53,134 nt of DNA, taken from the IMG/VR virus record IMGVR_UViG_3300045825_000032, positions 1-53,134 of that record. One strand, 5' to 3'. Position 1 is the first letter of the stretch. Each line of letters opens with the position of its first letter. A program made the translations under genes and the position numbers. The notes below the pieces were generated by a model, which did no database searches, was not told where the DNA came from, and was given only the letters and a program-made list of their open reading frames with translations. Below are positions 27,645 through 35,272 of the stretch, in pieces. This DNA is from a virus. Lineage: Duplodnaviria > Caudoviricetes.

Positions 27645-27761
27645 TTAACGGGCCAGCGCATAAGGTCGGTCCTTATTTACCCAACTATACAACTTGGGGT
27701 TAGCCTCCATCATGGCGCAACGTACAGCATACCGCCATAGATTTATTTGCCCGATAGTCAT
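27645..27761 (-). CDS. 38-aa early peptide (not in the ORF track)
   Basis: MTIGQINLWRY...KDRPYALAR preceded by GGAGG. Confidence 0.5.
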   Translation of the reverse strand: MTIGQINLWRYAVRCAMMEANPKLYSWVNKDRPYALAR

Positions 27762-27788
27762 GGGATAACCTCCAAAAAGTATAGACGT

Positions 27789-27814
27789 AAAAAAGCCCGC
27801 ACTAGGCGGGCTTT
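27789..27814 (-). terminator. Intrinsic terminator after the first early gene
   Basis: AAAGCCCGC-N5-GCGGGCTTTTTT on the minus strand. Confidence 0.85.
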
Positions 27815-27849
27815 GTGTTAACAGTGTTAACTGTTAAGTTAGTGTGCGC

Positions 27850-28446
27850 TTACTTGCTTTCAATCAGGGCTGTAAGCCACAATGCGAGCTTTTCTTTGTC
27901 CTGCATCGGCAAGGTTTCAATCAGTGCCTTTGCTTTGTCAATGCCTGATGTGGCCTTGCGTCCTACTTTTTTAGTAGGGCTCACCGCGCTGGGGTTTTCC
28001 ACCGAGCCTGTATGCGCTTTGCTTTGCAGGGTTTCGGTGGCCTTCAAGCTAATGATAGCCCAAGCTTGCGTATGGTCAGGTTTAAACCCGGCCTCAATGG
28101 CAGAGGACATTTTCAGCCACAGCGACACAGTGACAGATACAGAATTGACTTTGGGGTCATTCCCGCGGTATGCGCTAATGGTCAACCCGATTGCTTCAGC
28201 GGCCATACGATAGGCGTCCATGCGATCGGCCAGTTCTTTCCTGAATTCTAGGTGGTCCTCCCGCGTGAATTTTTCCAAGCGCAGTACAGTATCCTTACGG
28301 GTTTCGGCCTGCTTAACTTCAGCTTCGGCCTGATTGTCTGCCAGTTTCAGGATAAGCAGACCCAGCGCATGGCCTGCAACGCCCTTGGCGGAGGGTTTCG
28401 CTGAACCTTTTGTTTTTCCGGCAGGTTTCATAGTGGTTAAGTCCAT
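27850..28446 (-). CDS. First early gene, function unknown
   Basis: GGAG precedes the ATG at 28446. Codon usage is GC-richer and the gene has its own terminator. Confidence 0.7.
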   Translation of the reverse strand: MDLTTMKPAGKTKGSAKPSAKGVAGHALGLLILKLADNQAEAEVKQAETRKDTVLRLEKFTREDHLEFRKELADRMDAYRMAAEAIGLTISAYRGNDPKVNSVSVTVSLWLKMSSAIEAGFKPDHTQAWAIISLKATETLQSKAHTGSVENPSAVSPTKKVGRKATSGIDKAKALIETLPMQDKEKLALWLTALIESK

Positions 28447-28716
28447 TTTAAATACTCCATTAAAGCAAAGGGCTATTTGATACAAGGTAAGCCCAATAAA
28501 CCTGTTAACAGTATTAATTGACTAATTCAAAAAACACTTACTAACAGGGAGATTGTGCCATAGGTAAATGTAACGTGCGTGTAACAAAGGTAACAATGTG
28601 TAACGCTATTCGGGCATTATTCATGACCTAATTACATCACACTAACCTTACACGAACCTTACAACCCTACTGCCATTAGGGGTATTATTCTAGGGGTTTC
28701 CGCCCGTGTTTTTTGA

Positions 28717-28750
28717 CTGTATAGGCATACAGTACTGTGATTAGATACAG
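28717..28750. promoter_or_regulatory. Tandem LexA (SOS) boxes
   Basis: CTGTATAGGCATACAG and CTGTGATTAGATACAG (both CTGT-N8-ACAG), 2 nt apart. Confidence 0.7.
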
Positions 28751-29158
28751 TGTGGGGTTAACACGTTTAATGGTGCTATGTTATTGATAGCATAGGGGAA
28801 TGGCTGACATCATAGGTATTTAGAGGATTCACTCTAATATATCTCATGCTCCAGTAAATATATATTTGATTATATGAAAGGGGGGAGGGGGGGAAAACTT
28901 GGAACCATGTAAAATTGCGTAAGCCTGCATATGGAATTTTTATATAGTTTTTAGATATTCGGACTAGGGAGGGGATTATAGGCCCTACAAGACGTTTGGC
29001 ACTCGGTTGGCTACCCTGCTATACCCTAGGGTGGTTTGGAGGCTCCTAGGCCCCTTTAAAGCCTTCCTAGGCATATTTTCATAGTTGTAGCTCCCTGACG
29101 GTCGCATAAGGTCTTGTTAATAGCTCCCCCTGTGGGGGTCGCATAGGTCTTCTTTCCT

Positions 29159-29263
29159 TATATATTATATTATATATTATTAAATACAATCCCTTTAGGG
29201 ATTGTATTATATATATTATATATTAATATATTATATATAATAATATATATTATTCTTATTATA
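29159..29263. other. AT-rich tract with a 12-bp inverted repeat (candidate replication origin)
   Basis: TATAT-type repeats surround AATACAATCCCT-TT-AGGGATTGTATT (29183-29208). Confidence 0.45.
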
Positions 29264-29286
29264 TCACATAAATGTGATATTGTCAA
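29258..29286 (-). promoter_or_regulatory. Leftward sigma70 promoter with a palindrome in the spacer
   Basis: TTGACA-N17-TATAAT, with ATATCACAT-AA-ATGTGATAT at 29261-29280. Confidence 0.85.
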
Positions 29287-29374
29287 GTACTTTAGTAAAT
29301 AAATATAGAATATCCCTGCAAAGAGCTACGAAGTAGCGATTCAAGAGATATTTGTATATAAATACAAATAAAGC

Positions 29375-29403
29375 TTGACAAATCATCAAAAGTATGGTAT
29401 AAT
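29375..29403 (+). promoter_or_regulatory. Rightward sigma70 promoter (tRNA/packaging arm)
   Basis: TTGACA-N17-TATAAT with an extended -10 TG. Confidence 0.88.
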
Positions 29404-29556
29404 ATTAGGGTAGGTGAAAATACCTTGTGCTTTTAAAATGGTGCGAATAGGTAGAACTCCACTCCTGTTGTCGGGAGAAATGACAAGACTTCCCATTAAA
29501 CTCGTCGATACTAGGGTAGGGGGAAGACAGCGGGGTACGAATCCCCGCCCCAATTT

Positions 29557-29631
29557 AAGTCTCTAAGATAACGGCAGTCGTCTGGCCTCCAAAGCCATGA
29601 AGTCGCGGTTCGAATCCGTGGGGATTTGCCA
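29557..29631 (+). tRNA. trnW: tRNA-Trp(CCA)
   Basis: Acceptor AAGTCTC/GGGATTT, anticodon arm TGGC-CTCCAAA-GCCA, T-arm CGCGG-TTCGAAT-CCGTG, discriminator G and encoded CCA. Confidence 0.85.
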
Positions 29632-29644
29632 AATAAGGAATAAT

Positions 29645-29887
29645 GTGAAATATCTAGTTTTAGTCTTTGCACTGTTATTCCTGCCAGTCCATGCGGAACC
29701 TCTCTTGGTTCCTGCTAACACCCCATTTATGGCAGATGAGCCATTAGTTGTAATGTCCCTAGAGGACGCAAAGGAACTCCAAGCATATGTCAGAAGCCTT
29801 GAAGGAGCAGCTTGCAAACGTCAAGATTGGAAATCTAAGACAGGTTCACCAAAAGAACAGAAACTATCCCCTCGAAAAGAAGGTTGA
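29645..29887 (+). CDS. Small secreted or membrane protein (GTG start)
   Basis: AAGGA RBS and a signal-peptide-like MKYLVLVFALLFLPVHA. Confidence 0.5.
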   Translation: MKYLVLVFALLFLPVHAEPLLVPANTPFMADEPLVVMSLEDAKELQAYVRSLEGAACKRQDWKSKTGSPKEQKLSPRKEG

Positions 29888-30491
29888 GGTAGTCTCCCAG
29901 TACCTAGTACTTGGGAACATGAAATTGGTGGCTGCTATGACTGGGGTTGACTATGGCCTCATCCGACAGTGGAAGATTCAGCCTTGGTGGATGGACCTTG
30001 AACGGGAAATCCGGGCTACCCAGAATATTGCTGTAGACAACAAACTTTCTCGAATTATCGAAAGGTCTATGGATGCCACCCTTGACAGGTTGGAAAATGG
30101 GGAACACCTAGTTGATAAGAAAACAGGTACAGTCTACCGCCAGCCGGTAGCAATGAAAGATGCGGCTAAAGTCACTACTGACTTCCTGACCCGTCAATCA
30201 GTTCTGCGTAAAGCAGAGGATGCTGTGGAGCAAGTTTCGACTACTTCGGTGGTTGACCAACTTAAAGCCCTAGCACAAGAATTTTCAAAATGGTCCAATA
30301 AGCAGAATGCTGTGGACATTATAGACATTGAATCTAAGGAGATTACAGAAGATGCCATTTCAGAAGAACGGGAAACGGGACTACAAGAGGGAGCTGGAGT
30401 GGGAACACAAGACCCATCCGAACCGAGTGAAGGAACGGGACGCGAGGAACAAAGCGCGCTCGGAACTGGCGAAAGCCGGGAAAGTCCATAA
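29787..30491 (+). CDS. terS: Putative terminase small subunit
   Basis: N-terminal HTH-like segment followed by helices; lies upstream of terL. Confidence 0.6.
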   Translation: MSEALKEQLANVKIGNLRQVHQKNRNYPLEKKVEVVSQYLVLGNMKLVAAMTGVDYGLIRQWKIQPWWMDLEREIRATQNIAVDNKLSRIIERSMDATLDRLENGEHLVDKKTGTVYRQPVAMKDAAKVTTDFLTRQSVLRKAEDAVEQVSTTSVVDQLKALAQEFSKWSNKQNAVDIIDIESKEITEDAISEERETGLQEGAGVGTQDPSEPSEGTGREEQSALGTGESRESP

Positions 30492-30663
30492 AGGAGATGG
30501 CAAGGATGTTGACCACATTAAGCCGTTGTCTAAGGGTGGTAAGCCTACTGATAAGTCTAACCTACGTGTGGTTCCCGCCAAAGAGAACCGCAGCTTCAGT
30601 CGAAATAAGGATGGCAGTCTGAAATCTCAAACTTCCAAAAAAGAACGAGCTAAGAAGAAATGA
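30352..30663 (+). CDS. HNH endonuclease (packaging-associated)
   Basis: DVDHIKPLSKGG...NL...ENR, adjacent to terL. Confidence 0.8.
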   Translation: MPFQKNGKRDYKRELEWEHKTHPNRVKERDARNKARSELAKAGKVHKGDGKDVDHIKPLSKGGKPTDKSNLRVVPAKENRSFSRNKDGSLKSQTSKKERAKKK

Positions 30664-32180
30664 AACTTACCCCTGATATCATTCAGGGCTTTAGTGCCTC
30701 CCTTCTTCAAAAGACGTTCGACTCCCCAGTACAGTCACCTTCCTGCCACAAAGAATGGTGGGAGTTATTCTGTATGGACCATCCAATGGTGGCTATTGCA
30801 GCCCCACGGATGCACGCCAAGACAACCGCCCTGACGCATACATATACGTTAGCGGCGGTACTTTTTCGTGAACGCAAGTATGTCCTAATTGTCTCAGACA
30901 CTATTTCTCAGGCAGTTCAGTTCCTTGGAGACATTAAAAAAGAACTTCTAGAGAATGAGCAGATTCGCTCTCTCTTCAAAGTTAAAGAGTTTATCAAAGA
31001 AACTGAAGATGACTTTATCTGTCTGTTTGAAGACGGAGAGAAGTTCAGGATTTCAGCCAAAGGTTCAGAGCAAAAGGTACGTGGTCTTAAATGGGACAAT
31101 ATGCGTCCTGACCTTATTGTATGTGATGACCTTGAGAATGATGAGATTGTGCTCAACAAAGAGCGCAGGATGAAGTTTAAAAGGTGGTTTTATGGTGCAT
31201 TGTTACCATGTAGGTCCTACAAAGGAATCGTCCGCTATGTTGGAACCATTCTTCACAACGACTCGTTACTTGAATCGGTTATGCCTAAGCGTTCCGACAA
31301 GTACACAGTTACAGAGCCTCTTAAACAATACTCCAGTAGAAAAAAACCTAGTTGGATTGCCGTCAAATACCGGGCACATACCAACGACTACACTGGAATA
31401 CTCTGGCCTGAGCGCTACGACAAGGACTTTTTCGTAACTAAACGCCAAGAGTTCATGGACCAAGGCCTTCCTGATGTGTATTCTCAAGAATATTTGAATA
31501 TTCCGATTGATGAATCCCTCAGTTACTTCAGAAAGACTGACTTTTTGGACTTTACTGAAGAAGACCATGTACTTTTACAGAAACCTGACTGGAAAAAGCA
31601 TTTCAACTTTTATGTTTCAAGTGACTTAGCAGTATCTCAAGCAGAAACTGCGGACTTTTCAGTGTTTGTGATAGGTGGTACAGATGAAAATGGAACACTC
31701 TATGTATTCAGGGTCATCCGGGAGCGCATGGACAGCCAAGAGATTGTGGAGACACTCCTTTCCCTTCAGCGGGTCTATGACCCCATCGCCGTCAGCATGG
31801 AAAAAGGCCAAATTGAGAAATCAATTGGTCCCTTTTTACGCCAAAGAATGCTGGAAACGGGTGATTTCTTGTCGTTACTCCCCCTTGCTCCATCGACGGA
31901 TAAGCCAACTCGGGCAAGGTCAATACAGGCTCGTACCCGTGCGGGTGCCGTTAAGTTTGATAAGCGTGCGGACTGGTACTTGGACTTTGAGGATGAATTA
32001 TCCATCTTTCCGCGAGGAAAACATGATGACCAAGTGGACGCCTTTGCATATCTGGGCTTAATCCTCGACAAACTAATACAAGCTCCAACTCAAACTGATT
32101 TGGATAAAGAAGAATATGAGGAATCCTTAGAGGGTTCCGATTTAAACCTACAAGGCAGAAATGAATTCACTGGCTACTGA
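30660..32180 (+). CDS. terL: Terminase large subunit
   Basis: APRMHAKT, IVCDDLE, VGT, SDLA and HDDQVD motifs. Confidence 0.93.
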   Translation: MKLTPDIIQGFSASLLQKTFDSPVQSPSCHKEWWELFCMDHPMVAIAAPRMHAKTTALTHTYTLAAVLFRERKYVLIVSDTISQAVQFLGDIKKELLENEQIRSLFKVKEFIKETEDDFICLFEDGEKFRISAKGSEQKVRGLKWDNMRPDLIVCDDLENDEIVLNKERRMKFKRWFYGALLPCRSYKGIVRYVGTILHNDSLLESVMPKRSDKYTVTEPLKQYSSRKKPSWIAVKYRAHTNDYTGILWPERYDKDFFVTKRQEFMDQGLPDVYSQEYLNIPIDESLSYFRKTDFLDFTEEDHVLLQKPDWKKHFNFYVSSDLAVSQAETADFSVFVIGGTDENGTLYVFRVIRERMDSQEIVETLLSLQRVYDPIAVSMEKGQIEKSIGPFLRQRMLETGDFLSLLPLAPSTDKPTRARSIQARTRAGAVKFDKRADWYLDFEDELSIFPRGKHDDQVDAFAYLGLILDKLIQAPTQTDLDKEEYEESLEGSDLNLQGRNEFTGY

Positions 32181-34242
32181 TGAACCAGAAGGTTCCTACC
32201 AAGATAACCCCACGGAAGAAGCCTCTGAAAAGCCTTTGGGGGCTATGCTTGAGTCTATTAACATTGCCGAAAAACTTACTGAGGATGAGCTTACTAAAAT
32301 TGGTTCGGATGCTTCTAAGGGCTTTGAATTAGACCTGTCTACTTGTTCTGAGTGGACTAAAAATATAGATGAGTGGACTAAACTGGCGAAGCAGACTATT
32401 GAGCCTAAAACATGGCCGTGGCCTCGTGCTTCTAATGTCAAGTATCCACTTCTCTCTACTGCTGCCATGCAGTTTGCTGCTAGGGCCTATCCTAGTCTGA
32501 TTCCTTCCGATGGTAAAGTTGTCAAAGCTAAGGCTGTAGGCAAAGACCATACCGGGGGCAAGACAGAACTGGCTCTTGCAGTCTCTACCTATATGTCCTA
32601 CCAACTCCTTGAAGAGATGGATGACTGGGAAGAGCAAATGGACAAACTTCTTATCATGTTGCCTATTGTGGGCACTATGTTTAAGAAGACCTACTGGGAT
32701 TCTCTTAAAGAGAAGAATTGCTCTCATCTTGTGATGCCTAAGAATCTAGTAGTGAACTACTGGACTAAGAATCTTAAAGACTCTGAGCGCATTTCTGAGA
32801 TTATCGAAATGTCTCCCCGTAAGGTTAAAGAGCGTCAACAATCCAACCTCTGGTTGGATGTGGAACTTGGGGATGCCCCTAGTCCTATGGCTGGAGAAAA
32901 GAATCAACCAGCATTGGATGAGACTACTCCCTATACCTTTATTGAGCAGCATACTTTCCTTGACCTTGATGAAGATGGCTATAAGGAACCCTACATTGTT
33001 ACCTTCCACAAGGAGAGTAAGAAGGTAGTTCGTATTGCTGCTCGGTTTGATGAAAAGACTATTACGTTAGGACCAGATGGAAAAATCCGTAAGATTGACC
33101 CAGTTGAGTTTTACACCAAGTATGGTTTCATTCCTAATCCAGATGGCGGATTTTACGACATTGGGTTTGGTGTTCTTCTTGGGCCAATTAATGAATCCGT
33201 AAATACTCTTATTAACCAGTTGGTTGACTCAGGTTCTCTGAATAATCTCCAGTCTGGTTTCCTTGGTAAAGGTCTTCGCCTACGCATGGGTGAATCAGCC
33301 TTCAAACCGGGTGAGTGGAAAGTGGTTAATAGCACGGGGGATGATTTGAAGAAACAAATCGTACCTATGCCGAGTAAGGAACCCTCCAATGTGTTGTTTC
33401 AACTCATGGGTTCTCTTATAACGTCAGGAAAAGAACTGGCGTCAGTGGCGGAAATCTTTGTAGGTAAGATGCCGGGGCAAAACACTCCAGCTACCACAAC
33501 GATGGCTACCATTGAACAGGGTATGAAAGTATTTACCGCTGTTTACAAGCGTATTTACCGTTCTATGGCTTCCGAATTCAACAAATTAGCCCGTCTAAAC
33601 ACGTTGTATTTGAACCCCAATACTACCACGGAAATAATGGAACAACCTCTGAATCCAGAGGATTTTGACATTACAACCCATAAAATCTATCCGGGTGCGG
33701 ACCCTACAGCAGTATCTCAGACTGAAAAACTCCTAAAAGCCCAAGGGTTGATGGAACTACTCCAGACTGGTATCCTGAACCCTGTAGAGGTTGTTAAACG
33801 CGTCTTAGAGGCTCAAGAACAACCCAATTGGGAACAGGTTCTTAATCCTCAAGTGGCCCAAACTGGGCAAATGCCCCCTCCTCCGCCTGACCCCAAACTC
33901 ATGGAAAGTCAAGCTAAGATTGAGGCAATGCAACAGGCAAGCCAGATTAAAGCACAAGAAGCTTCATTCAAACAGCAACTATCTGAGAGGGATTCTCAGT
34001 TCCAGTTGATGATGAGTAAAGCCGCTGCTGACCAAGAAGGTCGGCACAAAGAGATGTTAGCCGCCATTGATATTGCTATCAAGACACATACGGCTAAACA
34101 GCAGGTAGCTGCTGATAATGCGACCTTCATGCAAGGTTTGGCCCATAAGCAAGTGGACCATACCCAGAAGGTACAACACGCAGAACAGATGGCTACTGTA
34201 CAACGTAAGACAGCCCAACAAAAAGGACCTACTAAGAAGTGA
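32161..34242 (+). CDS. Portal protein
   Basis: 693 aa directly after terL, with a Gln-rich coiled-coil C-terminus. Confidence 0.85.
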   Translation: MNSLATDEPEGSYQDNPTEEASEKPLGAMLESINIAEKLTEDELTKIGSDASKGFELDLSTCSEWTKNIDEWTKLAKQTIEPKTWPWPRASNVKYPLLSTAAMQFAARAYPSLIPSDGKVVKAKAVGKDHTGGKTELALAVSTYMSYQLLEEMDDWEEQMDKLLIMLPIVGTMFKKTYWDSLKEKNCSHLVMPKNLVVNYWTKNLKDSERISEIIEMSPRKVKERQQSNLWLDVELGDAPSPMAGEKNQPALDETTPYTFIEQHTFLDLDEDGYKEPYIVTFHKESKKVVRIAARFDEKTITLGPDGKIRKIDPVEFYTKYGFIPNPDGGFYDIGFGVLLGPINESVNTLINQLVDSGSLNNLQSGFLGKGLRLRMGESAFKPGEWKVVNSTGDDLKKQIVPMPSKEPSNVLFQLMGSLITSGKELASVAEIFVGKMPGQNTPATTTMATIEQGMKVFTAVYKRIYRSMASEFNKLARLNTLYLNPNTTTEIMEQPLNPEDFDITTHKIYPGADPTAVSQTEKLLKAQGLMELLQTGILNPVEVVKRVLEAQEQPNWEQVLNPQVAQTGQMPPPPPDPKLMESQAKIEAMQQASQIKAQEASFKQQLSERDSQFQLMMSKAAADQEGRHKEMLAAIDIAIKTHTAKQQVAADNATFMQGLAHKQVDHTQKVQHAEQMATVQRKTAQQKGPTKK

Positions 34243-34445
34243 CTTCCAAAGACTTTTATGACTGGAAACGTCATCCAATGACGACCATAGTTATGTCGCA
34301 ATTATCCAGCCGAGTGAATGAACTTAAAGAAGTTCTCGCTCATCAAGCAGGTAAGAACCCTCCACAGGATTGCTACCACACCGGATATATTGCAGCTTTC
34401 AATGACCTTATCCTAATGGAATATGAGGGAGATGAAAGTAAATGA
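34239..34445 (+). CDS. Hypothetical protein
   Basis: Coupled ORF after the portal gene. Confidence 0.65.
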   Translation: MTSKDFYDWKRHPMTTIVMSQLSSRVNELKEVLAHQAGKNPPQDCYHTGYIAAFNDLILMEYEGDESK

Positions 34446-34933
34446 TTATCCCAGTTTCCGAAAAAAGACGGGAACAACTTAAAAAAGCCAATATTAAATT
34501 TAGAAGTTTGCATCCTGAAAAAGTAAAACTTACTAAATTAAAATACAAATTAACTAATCCTGAAAAATATAAACTTTCAATAAAAAAAGCAAATGATAGA
34601 AAACGTCTTTTGCACAAAGAAACTCTAAATTTAAAAAATAAAGAATGGCGCAATGCGAACAAAGAGTACATTGCTCATACAAATGCTTTAGCTCGGGCAC
34701 GACATAGAAAACAGACTCCCTTGTGGGATAATGAACTTACTGCCTTTGTCTATATGGAAGCTAAACGTCTTACAAAACTTAGAGAAATTTGTACTGGAAT
34801 AAAATGGCATGTAGACCATATTGTTCCGCTTAAGGGTAAGTTAGTCACTGGGTTTCATATTTGGAATAACTTTCAGGTAATCCCTGCAATTCTAAATATA
34901 AAGAAACATAATATTTTTAAGGAGATAGTTTAA
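34442..34933 (+). mobile_element. Free-standing HNH homing endonuclease gene
   Basis: WHVDHIVPLKG...H..NN...N..KHN motif in AT-rich sequence. Confidence 0.8.
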
Positions 34934-35262
34934 TGGCAGTAGTGCCGGTATTGCATAGAATTCTGGTTAAGCAGGATAAACTTGAAGAATCAGACAAGAC
35001 CTATGTGAAGATGCGGGAGATGGGGCTAACCCTTCCCGACTCAGATGATAGGAAACGCGCTCAAGTGGGCGTTGACAAGGGGACTGTAATCGCCATAGGT
35101 GGCACAGCCTACCGAGACTTCGGTACGGAACCCCCGATTAAAATCGGAGACAAAGTGGCATATGCCCGCTTCTCTGGTAAATTTATTACAGACCCACAAA
35201 CTGATGAAGAGTTTGTAGCACTTAACGATGAAGATATCATCGCTGTGCTGAAGACAGAATAG
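34933..35262 (+). CDS. GroES-like co-chaperonin
   Basis: PVLHRILVK...GTVIAIG...IKIGDKV.Y...G...LNDEDIIAV pattern. Confidence 0.8.
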   Translation: MAVVPVLHRILVKQDKLEESDKTYVKMREMGLTLPDSDDRKRAQVGVDKGTVIAIGGTAYRDFGTEPPIKIGDKVAYARFSGKFITDPQTDEEFVALNDEDIIAVLKTE

Positions 35263-35272
35263 GAGCTATTAG

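Noticed and set aside
11491-27830. Dispersed repeats as a CRISPR array or phage RNA polymerase promoters
   Set aside because: The repeats are short, irregularly spaced, intragenic and in mixed orientation. No cas or RNAP gene was recognised.
29439-29553. tmRNA
   Set aside because: The ends are faintly similar, but the region is far too short and has no tag ORF or proper acceptor stem.
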